DNA of 64,000 nucleotides from the NCBI GenBank assembly GCA_009704985.1, contig WLDE01000002.1, forward strand, positions 1,560 to 65,559. Direction: 5' to 3'. The notes under the pieces were generated by a model. The model was not told the DNA's origin. It saw nothing but the letters and a program-made list of their open reading frames with translations, and made no database searches. The position numbers were made by a program, and so were the translations under genes. Below, one piece after another: positions 34,415-43,045 of this stretch. The DNA is from Actinomycetota bacterium (GTDB lineage: Bacteria > Actinomycetota > Acidimicrobiia > Acidimicrobiales > Ilumatobacteraceae). The stretch's first letter is position 1; each line of letters begins with the position of its first letter.

Positions 34415-35571
34415 CTGCGGGGGAGTCGGAGCACGTGCTCGGCGACGTAGCTGAGGACGAGCTCCTGGCTGATCGGGGCGAGGCGGGGGAGCCGGCTCTC
34501 GCGGAAGTACCGCTCGACGTGGTACTCGGTGGCGTACCCGAAGCCACCGTGGGTCTGCACCGCGCGGTCGGCGGCGAAGAACCCCGCCTCCGCGGCCAGG
34601 TACTTGGCGAGGTTCGCCTCCTCGCCGCACGGCAGACCGGCGTCGATCCGCTGCGCCGCCTCCCGCACCATCAACCCGGCGGCGCGCAGCTTCGCATGCG
34701 CCTCGGCGAGCGGGAACGCGATGCCCTGGTTCTGGCCGATCGGGCGGCCGAACACCACCCGCTCGTTCGCGTACTGCACCGCGCGACGGAGCGCGGCACG
34801 ACCGATGCCCAACGCCTCGGCGGCGATCAGCACCCGCTCGGCGTTGAGGCCGTCGAGCAGGTAGCGGAAGCCGTCGCCCTCGTCACCGACGCGGTCGGCC
34901 ACCGGCACCACGACGTCGTCGTAGGTGGTCTCGCAGCTCGCGACCGCGTTGCGGCCGATCTTCGGGATCGGGGCCACGCCCACCCCGGGCGCGTGCCGGT
35001 CGACCAGGAACAGGCTCATCCCCTGCGTCGGCTTCGCGCACTCCTCGAGCGGTGTGGTGCGGGTGAGCAGCAGGATCCGGTCGGCCTCCAGCGCCTTCGA
35101 CGTCCACACCTTCCGGCCCGTGATCCGGTACACGTCACCGTCGCGCACCGCTCGCGTGGTGATGCGGGTGGTGTCCGTGCCGGCGTCGGGTTCGGTGACC
35201 CCGAAGGCGACGTGGACGTCGCCGGCCGCCACCCCGGGCAGGAACCTCCGCTTCATCTCCTCCGAGCCGTGCAGGATCACCGGCTGCATCCCGAAGATGC
35301 TCATGTGCAGCGCCGACGCACCGTTCATGCACGCCCCGGACGCGGCCACCTCCTCCAGCACGGCGGCCGCCTCGAGGATCCCGCGACCGCCGCCGCCGTA
35401 CTCCTCGGGGATCGCGATGCCGATCCAGCCGCCTGCGGCCATCTCGCGGTAGAAGTCCCACGGGAAGCGGTGCTCGCTGTCGCAGTGCGACCAGTAGTCG
35501 TCGTCGAAGCGGGCGCACAGCGCCGCCACGGTTTCGCGGATGAGTACCAGGTCGGACGACGCCTCGGTCAT
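34408..35571 (-). CDS. Acyl-CoA dehydrogenase
   Basis: 387-aa ORF with FGVTEPDAGTDT, YRITGRKVWTS and QTHGGFGY. Its 3-prime end overlaps the convergent FAD oxidase gene by 7 nt. Confidence 0.85.
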   Translation of the reverse strand: MTEASSDLVLIRETVAALCARFDDDYWSHCDSEHRFPWDFYREMAAGGWIGIAIPEEYGGGGRGILEAAAVLEEVAASGACMNGASALHMSIFGMQPVILHGSEEMKRRFLPGVAAGDVHVAFGVTEPDAGTDTTRITTRAVRDGDVYRITGRKVWTSKALEADRILLLTRTTPLEECAKPTQGMSLFLVDRHAPGVGVAPIPKIGRNAVASCETTYDDVVVPVADRVGDEGDGFRYLLDGLNAERVLIAAEALGIGRAALRRAVQYANERVVFGRPIGQNQGIAFPLAEAHAKLRAAGLMVREAAQRIDAGLPCGEEANLAKYLAAEAGFFAADRAVQTHGGFGYATEYHVERYFRESRLPRLAPISQELVLSYVAEHVLRLPRSY

Positions 35572-35901
35572 GCCGGCAGGGTAGACCCGCCACCGCTGCG
35601 GCCCCGGGCCGACGCTCGCGGGAGCATCCGGGGGAGCGCCACCGGTTCGCTACGGTGACGACGTGTCCGTCCCGCAGTCTCCCGCCGACGTCGCGACCTC
35701 CGAGCGGGCGCCGACCCGACCCGAGCAACGGCAGGGGTGCATGTCGTGCGGATCGCCGACGGCGCGGTCGTGGAGCACGCCCGACGGGCCCGCGCGGCTC
35801 TGCCCGCCCTGCGCCACGCTGCACGGCCTCGGCTGCCCCTGACGCGACGACGCCCCGACGCGGTACCCCCGCGTCACAGGGGCGCGACGTACGCTGCGGG
35901 G

Positions 35902-37044
35902 GTGAGCGTCGCCACCTTCTCGATCGACCCGGTCACCGGCCGCCTCGGCGTCTCCCTCGACGGCGCCACCCGGGCCGTGCCCGCCCTGTGGCTCCGCGAG
36001 CAGAGCCGCGACCCGTCGCAGCTCGACCTCGTGAGCGACCAGCGGCTGTTCGACCCGCACCTCCTGCCCGTCGACCTCGACATCGTCGAGGCGCGCGTCG
36101 ATGCCGGCGCCGACGGCACCTGGGTGTGGGTGCGGTTCAGCGATGGCCACGCCGAGCGCTTCGACGCCACCGAGCTCGCGATCGCGATCGACCCCGACGA
36201 CGGTTGCCCCGACCCGATCGCCTGGCGCTCCGATCTGGGCACGCCGCCGCGACACGACTGGCGCGAGCTGCACCGGCCGGCTGCGCTCGAAGCGGCGCTC
36301 CACGACTTCCTCGCGTACGGCACGATCGTCGTTCACGACTCGCCGACCACCGAGGGCACCGTGCTCGAGGTGGCCGGCACGTTCGGCTACGTCCGAGAGA
36401 CCAATTTCGGCCGGCTGTTCGACGTCCGCTCGGTGCCCCGGTCGAACGACCTCGCCTACCGTCCCGTGCCGCTCGGGCCGCACACCGACAACCCGTACCG
36501 GGTGCCCACGCCGGGCATCCAGCTGCTGCACTGCCTGGTGAACGACACCAGCGGCGGGCTCAGCACGCTCGTCGATGCCATCGCGGTGACCGACCAACTC
36601 CGCGCCGAGGATCCCGCCGGCTTCGACCTGCTCGTCGACACCATGGTGCGGTTCCACTTCCGCGACGACGACACGGCGCTGGAGTCGTACCGGCCGATCG
36701 TCGACGTGGACCACCGACGCCGGGTGACTGGCCTGCACTACAGCCCGCGGCTCGACCACCTCCCGCTGATGGACGACGAGCGCACCCGTGCGTTCCACCG
36801 TGCCCGCCGCCGGCTGGCCGAGCTGCTCAGCGACCCGGCGTTCGAGATCCGCTTCGCGCTGCAGCCGGGTGAGGCGATGGTGTTCTCCAACGACCGTGTC
36901 CTCCACGGCCGCACCGGCTTCGACCCGCAGGAGGGGCCGCGCCACCTGCAGGGCTGCTACATCGACCACGACGCGCCGCGCAGCCGGTACCGGGTGCTGC
37001 GCCGCCAACTCTCGCGTCCGTTCGCCCGGTCCGGGGAGGGCTGA
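35902..37044 (+). CDS. Gamma-butyrobetaine-hydroxylase-like Fe(II)/2-oxoglutarate oxygenase (TmpA-like)
   Basis: DUF971-like N-terminal domain, HxD as LGPHTDNPY, distal His as NDRVLHGRTGF. Start placed at GTG 35902; the tracked extension from 35737 is Arg/Pro-rich. Confidence 0.75.
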   Translation: MSVATFSIDPVTGRLGVSLDGATRAVPALWLREQSRDPSQLDLVSDQRLFDPHLLPVDLDIVEARVDAGADGTWVWVRFSDGHAERFDATELAIAIDPDDGCPDPIAWRSDLGTPPRHDWRELHRPAALEAALHDFLAYGTIVVHDSPTTEGTVLEVAGTFGYVRETNFGRLFDVRSVPRSNDLAYRPVPLGPHTDNPYRVPTPGIQLLHCLVNDTSGGLSTLVDAIAVTDQLRAEDPAGFDLLVDTMVRFHFRDDDTALESYRPIVDVDHRRRVTGLHYSPRLDHLPLMDDERTRAFHRARRRLAELLSDPAFEIRFALQPGEAMVFSNDRVLHGRTGFDPQEGPRHLQGCYIDHDAPRSRYRVLRRQLSRPFARSGEG

Positions 37045-37047
37045 CAC

Positions 37048-37620
37048 GTGCAGCAGGTGCAGTTCACGCAGATGAAGGACGGAACGTACGAGGAGTACCA
37101 GTTCCTCCACGGCCTCGAAGCGCAGTACATCGCCGGGACGCCCGACCGGATCATCGCCGCATTGCGGCGCCTCGACGACGGCCTCGCGGGCTACCAGGTC
37201 AGCCGGTTCGAGCACTCGATCCAGAGCGCCACTCGCGCCGAGGCCGACGGTGCCGACCTGGAGATGATCGTCGCCGCGCTCATCCACGACGTCGGCGACG
37301 AGCTCGCCCCGGAGAACCACTCGCAGCTCGCTGCGGCGATGATCCGGCCGTACGTGCGCGCCGAGGTCACCTGGGTCGTGAACATGCACGGCGTGTTCCA
37401 GCAGGTGTACTACGGCCACCACGTCGGCATCGACCAGCACGCCCGCGAGGCGTACCGCGACCACCCGTGGTTCGAGAGCTGCGCCACCTTCTGTGAGCGC
37501 TGGGACCAGGCGAGCTTCGACCCCGACTACCCGTCGAAGCCGCTGGAGCACTTCGAGCCGATGCTGCGCGAGGTGTTCTCCCGCCCGCCGTTCGACCCGG
37601 CGGTCCTGCAGGAATCCTGA
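37048..37620 (+). CDS. HD-domain protein of the PhnZ/TmpB mixed-valent diiron oxygenase type
   Basis: Starts 3 nt after the upstream stop. The ligand pattern FEHSIQSA / ALIHDVGD / ENHS / NMHG / ERWDQASFD aligns by eye with PhnZ (LEHSLQCA / ALLHDLGH / HEKV / EGHV). Confidence 0.7.
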   Translation: MQQVQFTQMKDGTYEEYQFLHGLEAQYIAGTPDRIIAALRRLDDGLAGYQVSRFEHSIQSATRAEADGADLEMIVAALIHDVGDELAPENHSQLAAAMIRPYVRAEVTWVVNMHGVFQQVYYGHHVGIDQHAREAYRDHPWFESCATFCERWDQASFDPDYPSKPLEHFEPMLREVFSRPPFDPAVLQES

Positions 37621-37724
37621 GCGCGGGGTCGGTCGCCGGGTCGCACGGGGTCACCCGGTGCGGCGGGTGGCGGCCGTTAGCCTGTCGTGCGCCGCTCGTC
37701 GGTCCCGACGCCCACTGGAGAACC

Positions 37725-38735
37725 ATGCGCACCACGCTCGCCGAACTGCTCGCCACGAAGGACGTGATCCTGGCCGACGGCGCCACGGGCACGAACTACT
37801 TCCAGCGAGGCCTCATGTCCGGCCACGCGCCGGAGCTGTGGAACGAGGAGCACCCCGAGCACGTGCAGGGCCTGCACCGGCAGTTCGTCGAGGCCGGCGC
37901 CGACGTCATCCTCACGAACTCCTTCGGTGGCACCGCCCAGCGGCTCAAGCTGCACCACGCCCAGGATCGCGTGCACGAGCTGAACCGCCGCGCCGCCGAG
38001 CTCGCCCGCGAGGTCGCCGACGAGGCCGACCGCCCCGTGGTGGTCGCCGGGTCGGTCGGTCCCACCGGCGAGCTGTTCGAGCCGCTCGGTGCACTCACCC
38101 ACGACGTGGCCGTTGCGAGCTTCCGCGAGCAGATCGAGGGACTGAAGGCCGGTGGTGCCGATGTCGTGTGGATCGAGACGATGTCGTCGGTCGAGGAGGT
38201 CCGCGCCGCCGCCCAGGCCGCGATCGAGGCCGGCATGCCGTACACCGCCACCTGCTCGTTCGACACCGCCGGCCGCACGATGATGGGCCTGATGCCCGAC
38301 GCGCTGGTGCGGGTGTTCGACGGCCTCGCCGAGCCGCCGCTCGCGTTCGGGGCCAACTGCGGCGTGGGCGCGAGCGACATCCTGGTCACCGTGCTGTCGA
38401 TCTGCTCGGGTGAGCACTCGGCCGTCATCTCCAAGGGGAACTGCGGGATCCCGCAGTTCCAGGGCAGCGAGGTCGTCTACTCCGGCACGCCGACGCTCAT
38501 GGCCACCTACGCCCAGATGGCCGCCGACGCCGGCGCCCGCATCGTCGGTGGCTGCTGCGGTACCTCGCCCGAGCACCTGGCGTCGATGCGCCGTGCCCTC
38601 GACGAGCGCGTGCCCGCCCCGGCGCCCACGATCGAGGACATCGTCGAACGGATCGGCCCGCTCACCAACGCCGCGCCCAGCGCCGGCGGGGGAGAGGACC
38701 GTGGTCGTCGGCGTCGTCGCGGTGGCGGCGACTGA
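37725..38735 (+). CDS. Homocysteine S-methyltransferase family protein (betaine- or S-methylmethionine-homocysteine methyltransferase-like)
   Basis: S-methyl_trans pattern: ILADGATGT, ILTNSFG, and zinc Cys ligands in FGANCGVG and GGCCGTSPEH. Confidence 0.8.
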   Translation: MRTTLAELLATKDVILADGATGTNYFQRGLMSGHAPELWNEEHPEHVQGLHRQFVEAGADVILTNSFGGTAQRLKLHHAQDRVHELNRRAAELAREVADEADRPVVVAGSVGPTGELFEPLGALTHDVAVASFREQIEGLKAGGADVVWIETMSSVEEVRAAAQAAIEAGMPYTATCSFDTAGRTMMGLMPDALVRVFDGLAEPPLAFGANCGVGASDILVTVLSICSGEHSAVISKGNCGIPQFQGSEVVYSGTPTLMATYAQMAADAGARIVGGCCGTSPEHLASMRRALDERVPAPAPTIEDIVERIGPLTNAAPSAGGGEDRGRRRRRGGGD

Positions 38736-38748
38736 CGGTCCGTCGACC

Positions 38749-38773
38749 GGGCCGGCCCGAACCGGGCCGGCTC
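38749..38773. terminator. Hairpin between convergent genes (GCCGGCCC-gaacc-GGGCCGGC)
   Basis: Perfect 8-bp GC stem (38751-38758 / 38764-38771) with a 5-nt loop, extendable by 2 pairs. Sits between stops 38735 and 38772. Confidence 0.4.
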
Positions 38774-41060
38774 AGAGCTGGCCGGCGCGGTGCTCGCCGC
38801 GCAGCAGCGGGAAGCGACCGATGCGCTCGAGCGCGCTCACCGTGGAGCGCATCGCGTCGGCGGGCACCGGGTGGCTGATCAGGTAGCCCTGCGCCTTCTT
38901 GCAGCCGAGCTCGTGGAGCACCTGGATCTGGTGCAGGCTCTCGACGCCCTCGGCCACGAGGTCGAGTCCGAGCGAGTGGCCCATCGCCACGATCGTGCGC
39001 ACGAGCGCCCGATCGCTCGGGTTGTCGGCCACGCCCTGCACGAAGGCGCGGTCGATCTTGATGCGCTGCAGCGGGAACCGCTGGAGCAGCGACAGCGACG
39101 AGTAGCCGGTGCCGAAGTCGTCGAGCGCCACGCGCACGCCGAGCGACTTGAGCTTCTGCAGCGACGACAGCGCCAGCTCGGGCTCGGCGATCATCACGCT
39201 CTCGGTGATCTCCACCCACAGGTGGCTCGGGTCCATGCCCGAGCGCGAGAGGGCCTCGCTGACGATCGACGGCAGGCTCGGGTCGGCGAGCTGGCGGGGC
39301 GACACGTTGACCGACATCGTCGCCTGCGGGCTGCAGATGGAGTCGTCGATCCAGCGGCGGAGCTGGGTGAGCGCCTCGAGCAGCGCCCACGCGCCGATCG
39401 GCACGATCGTGCCCGTCTCCTCGGCGATCGGGATGAACTCGGCGGGCGACACGATCGTGCCGTCGCTCTGCTGCCAGCGCATCAACGCCTCGAAACCGAC
39501 GACCTCGCCGGTGTCGAGCTCGAGGATCGGCTGGTGGAACAGGCGCAGCTCGTGGCGGTCGAGCGCACGGTAGAGGGCGGTCTCGACGGCGAGACGGTGG
39601 GCGATGCGTTCGTGCATGGACTCGTCGTAGAACGCCATGCAGTTGCGGCCGGAGTCCTTCGCCCGGTACATCGCCGTATCGGCGTGGCGCAGCACGTCCT
39701 CGGGCTTGGCGGCCATCGAGTCGATCGACGACACACCGATCGAGGCGGTGACGAACACGTCGCCCTGGCCGAGCGCGATGGGCTCGCGGAACACGGCGAG
39801 CAGGCTCTCGGCGAGCTTCGACGCGGCGCCGAGGGTCTTCGTGGTCGGGTCGAGCACCACGTACTCGTCGCCGGAGAGACGGGCCACCATCGCCTCGGGC
39901 GGCGCGACGCTGATGAGTCGCTCGGCCACGATGCGGAGCACCTCGTCACCCGCCGAGTGACCGAGGGAGTCGTTGATGTTCTTGAACCGGTCGAGGTCGA
40001 CGAAGTAGAGCGTGGGCTCGCGGTCGGCACGCCACGACTCGTGGATGTAGCTGTTGATCCGCTCGAGCAGCAGCACTCGGTTGGGGAGTCCGGTGAGCGG
40101 ATCGGTCTGCGCCGCCCGCAGCAGCTCGGCCTGCGCGTCGCTGTTCGCCCGCACCGAGTGAACGACGCGGAGGGTGACCGCGCCCGCGAGCACCAGCGCC
40201 GAGATGCTCCGCACCACCTGGTCGGTGGTGTCGCGCGGCCCGGAGGCGGCGAGCACGATGACGGGGAACACGAGCGACGAGGTGGTGATGACGAGGCGAC
40301 CGAGGAGTCGCTGGGAGTCCTCGATGTTCGAGGGACGTGCGATCCAGCTGATGCTCGGGTGCAGGAACGCCGCCGAGATCGCGAAGTAGCCGAGGGCGTA
40401 CAGCGCGTCGGTGTGCGCGAGCACGGATGCGGACATGTGGCCGGCGAGCACGAACGAGTACATCAGATCGCCGACCAGCACCGAGATGACCGCAGCGGCG
40501 ACGTAGACGGTGGAGATGTTCTTGCCGGAGTCGGCGAAGAGCTGCACCGCCATCAGGAACAGCACCACCGAGCCCACCGGTTGGTAGAGGCCCTCGATCA
40601 GCGAGCTGATGAGCGGTTCGTCGCTGCGCTCGAGCGTCGGCTGCAGGAACGCGACCCACGAGATGAGCCAGCTGCCGAGTCCGACGATGAGCGCGTCGCC
40701 GAACACGGCGCTCGCGTTCACGCTCCGGTGTCGGCGGACGAGGAGGACGAGGATGACGACGATGAGCAGGCTGCCCATCAGGTCCATCACGTTCGTGAGC
40801 AGCCTCGGGAGGCCGGTCGTGCCCACGGTGCTGGCGACGATCTCGGTGAGCGTGTACCAGCAGCCGAGCACGGCGACCGCCACGACCAGCGGCTTCGGCA
40901 CCTTGTTCCGCCGCGACGCGACCAGCATCACCACGACGGTCTGGAGGGCGGCGAAGATGTACACGGCCCCACCGAACTGATCGGGGGCGGCGAATGCCAT
41001 GGCGGAGAGCGCGACGCCGCACAGGAAGTATCCGTTGGCCAGTCTTCCGCTCGTCGTCAT
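38772..41060 (-). CDS. Membrane-anchored GGDEF-EAL protein (about 9 TM sensor, degenerate GGDEF, intact EAL)
   Basis: ATG 41060 (MTTSGRLANGYF). The GGDEF site reads RLSGDEYVV. EAL signatures are intact (GFEALMRW, DDFGTGYSSL, KIDRAF, EGVE, QGY). Confidence 0.85.
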   Translation of the reverse strand: MTTSGRLANGYFLCGVALSAMAFAAPDQFGGAVYIFAALQTVVVMLVASRRNKVPKPLVVAVAVLGCWYTLTEIVASTVGTTGLPRLLTNVMDLMGSLLIVVILVLLVRRHRSVNASAVFGDALIVGLGSWLISWVAFLQPTLERSDEPLISSLIEGLYQPVGSVVLFLMAVQLFADSGKNISTVYVAAAVISVLVGDLMYSFVLAGHMSASVLAHTDALYALGYFAISAAFLHPSISWIARPSNIEDSQRLLGRLVITTSSLVFPVIVLAASGPRDTTDQVVRSISALVLAGAVTLRVVHSVRANSDAQAELLRAAQTDPLTGLPNRVLLLERINSYIHESWRADREPTLYFVDLDRFKNINDSLGHSAGDEVLRIVAERLISVAPPEAMVARLSGDEYVVLDPTTKTLGAASKLAESLLAVFREPIALGQGDVFVTASIGVSSIDSMAAKPEDVLRHADTAMYRAKDSGRNCMAFYDESMHERIAHRLAVETALYRALDRHELRLFHQPILELDTGEVVGFEALMRWQQSDGTIVSPAEFIPIAEETGTIVPIGAWALLEALTQLRRWIDDSICSPQATMSVNVSPRQLADPSLPSIVSEALSRSGMDPSHLWVEITESVMIAEPELALSSLQKLKSLGVRVALDDFGTGYSSLSLLQRFPLQRIKIDRAFVQGVADNPSDRALVRTIVAMGHSLGLDLVAEGVESLHQIQVLHELGCKKAQGYLISHPVPADAMRSTVSALERIGRFPLLRGEHRAGQL

Positions 41061-41280
41061 CGTCGGACCCCGGTCCGCAAGCCCGGGGATGCCCGCCGTC
41101 GACCATCCGCCCGCCTTCTTGCTCGTTTGCGTAGCATACGGACGCGGGCGGAATAGCGCAAGGAGTGTTTTGGCGCGCGCTCTCAGTGGCAACTTGTGCC
41201 CACCGTGAGTGAGAGCTTCGACGCTCCCTGTCCCGAGCCCATCGTGTCAGATCGGACACGACAGGCCGAGAGGAGCGTCC

Positions 41281-41892
41281 GTGTTCGTCACTCGACACAA
41301 CAGCGTCACCGACCCACAGCTGCGAGAGCGGCTCTGGCGGCTCTACGAACTCGCGTTCCGACCGATCAGCGAGCTCGCGGTGTGCCGCGAGATGATGTAT
41401 CGCCACGAGTTCGAGCAGCTCGTCGCGGACCCGGTGAACCGCACCTGGGTGCTCTGGCACGACGACGCCCCGGTTGCGATGACGGTGATCACCACCGACA
41501 TCAACACGACCCAGTACCTGAGCAAGCAGTTCTTCGAACGCACCTATCCCGACCACGTCCTGCGGAACGCGGTCCACTACGTCCTGTTCGTCGTCGTGCA
41601 TCCCGTCTACGAGGCCAAGGGGGCGCTCGTGAAGCTGTCGAGGGAGAGCTTCGGGCTCGAGGCCGACGAGGGCAACCTGGTCGTGTTCGACACGCCCCTG
41701 GTGAACCAGCCGTCCGAGCGGGGCGGCATGGCCGAGCTGGTCGGCCGGCTCGCGCAGATGGTGTCGCCCGGCGTCGAGGCGCGTCAGGTGGACGTCCAGC
41801 GCTTCTACGCGATCGACTTCGAGCAGGGTGCGAGGCACCGTCGGGCGCTCGCCGATCAGGTGGGCGAGACCGAGGTCGAGACCAGCCGCTGA
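41281..41892 (+). CDS. Hypothetical protein, no family recognised
   Basis: Coding-like composition. GTG 41281 is preceded by GAGGAG; an alternative start is at 41209. Divergent from the GGDEF-EAL gene. Confidence 0.5.
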   Translation: MFVTRHNSVTDPQLRERLWRLYELAFRPISELAVCREMMYRHEFEQLVADPVNRTWVLWHDDAPVAMTVITTDINTTQYLSKQFFERTYPDHVLRNAVHYVLFVVVHPVYEAKGALVKLSRESFGLEADEGNLVVFDTPLVNQPSERGGMAELVGRLAQMVSPGVEARQVDVQRFYAIDFEQGARHRRALADQVGETEVETSR

Positions 41893-42001
41893 GCAGTTCG
41901 GCGAGGGTCGTCCGGGAAGGGTCGTCCGCCGCACCACGGGGAGTGGCTAGCCTGGGTCGGAACATGAATCCCACCGCTGCCATCAGCGCAGCCCCCGCTG
42001 C

Positions 42002-43045
42002 ATGACGTCCGCCACCGCTGCCTACACCGTGGTGGTCCCCGGCCCGCACGTGATGCCGGCCCTGTGCGGCCCGCGAGACGTGTACCTCCGCCAGATCGAA
42101 GCGGCCTTCCCCGCGGCGTCGATCGTCGTGCGCGGTAACGAGGTCCACCTCGAGGGCGCCGACGCCGAACCCGCCGGACGTCTCGTCGAGGAGCTCGTGA
42201 TGCTGCTGCAGCGCGGCCAGCACCTCGACGAGGCCGTGCTCGCCCGTGCGATCGACATGGTCCGCCACGACGAGCGTCCGAGCGCCGTGCTGAGCGACGA
42301 CATCCTGCGCGGCGCCAAGGGCCGTCCGATCCGGCCGAAGACCGCCGGACAGAAGCGTTACATCGACGCGATCCGCCAGAACGTCATCACCTTCGGTCTC
42401 GGGCCGGCCGGCACCGGCAAGAGCTGGCTCGCCGTGGCGATGGCGGTGCAGGCGCTGCAGAGCAAGCAGGTGCAGCGGATCATCCTCACCCGTCCGGCGG
42501 TGGAGGCCGGCGAGCGCCTCGGCTTCCTGCCGGGCGACCTGATGGCCAAGATCGACCCGTATCTCCGGCCGCTGTACGACGCGCTCTACGACATGGTGGA
42601 CCCCGACGGCGCACAGAAGCTGCTGGAGCGCCAGGCCGTCGAGGTCGCACCGCTGGCGTTCATGCGCGGCCGCACGCTCAACAACAGCTTCATCATCCTC
42701 GACGAAGCCCAGAACGCGACGCCCGAGCAGATGAAGATGTTCCTCACCCGCATCGGGTTCGGCTCGAAGGTCGTCGTCACCGGCGACACCACCCAGATCG
42801 ACGTCCCCGACGGCCGGTCCGGGCTGCTCGGACTCGAGCGCACGCTGCAGGGCATCGACGGTCTCACCTTCGTGCACCTCGGTGCCGGCGACGTGGTGCG
42901 CCACCGCATCGTCGCCGACATCGTCGCCGCCTATGAACGCTCGTCGGAACGCTCGTCGGAACGCTCGTCGGAACGCTCGTCCGAGCGCTCGGCGTCCGGG
43001 ACGGCCGGCGACGGCGAACGCTCACGGAGCGGTCGCCGTGGCTGA
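42002..43045 (+). CDS. phoH: PhoH-like ATPase with C-terminal ERSS repeat tail
   Basis: Walker A GPAGTGKS, ILDEAQN and VVTGDTTQIDVP. Confidence 0.9.
   Translation: MTSATAAYTVVVPGPHVMPALCGPRDVYLRQIEAAFPAASIVVRGNEVHLEGADAEPAGRLVEELVMLLQRGQHLDEAVLARAIDMVRHDERPSAVLSDDILRGAKGRPIRPKTAGQKRYIDAIRQNVITFGLGPAGTGKSWLAVAMAVQALQSKQVQRIILTRPAVEAGERLGFLPGDLMAKIDPYLRPLYDALYDMVDPDGAQKLLERQAVEVAPLAFMRGRTLNNSFIILDEAQNATPEQMKMFLTRIGFGSKVVVTGDTTQIDVPDGRSGLLGLERTLQGIDGLTFVHLGAGDVVRHRIVADIVAAYERSSERSSERSSERSSERSASGTAGDGERSRSGRRG
42935..42994 (+). repeat. 12-nt tandem repeat GAACGCTCGTCG x3 perfect plus 2 degenerate units, inside the phoH 3-prime end
   Basis: Read directly. Encodes (ERSS)x4-ERSA. Confidence 0.9.

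Noticed and set aside
35737-35901. The longer start (35737) for the TmpA-like oxygenase.
   Set aside because: The extra 55 residues (MHVVRIADGAVVEHARRARAALPALRHAARPRLPLTRRRPDAVPPRHRG...) are Arg/Pro-rich and unlike family N-termini. GTG 35902 begins directly at the DUF971-like domain. The start remains somewhat uncertain.
37621-37724. A possible SAM/SAH-type riboswitch in the 104-nt leader of the homocysteine methyltransferase gene.
   Set aside because: Only a generic GC hairpin (CGCAC...GTGCG) is visible. I could not match any riboswitch consensus that I can recall. A covariance-model scan would be needed to claim anything.
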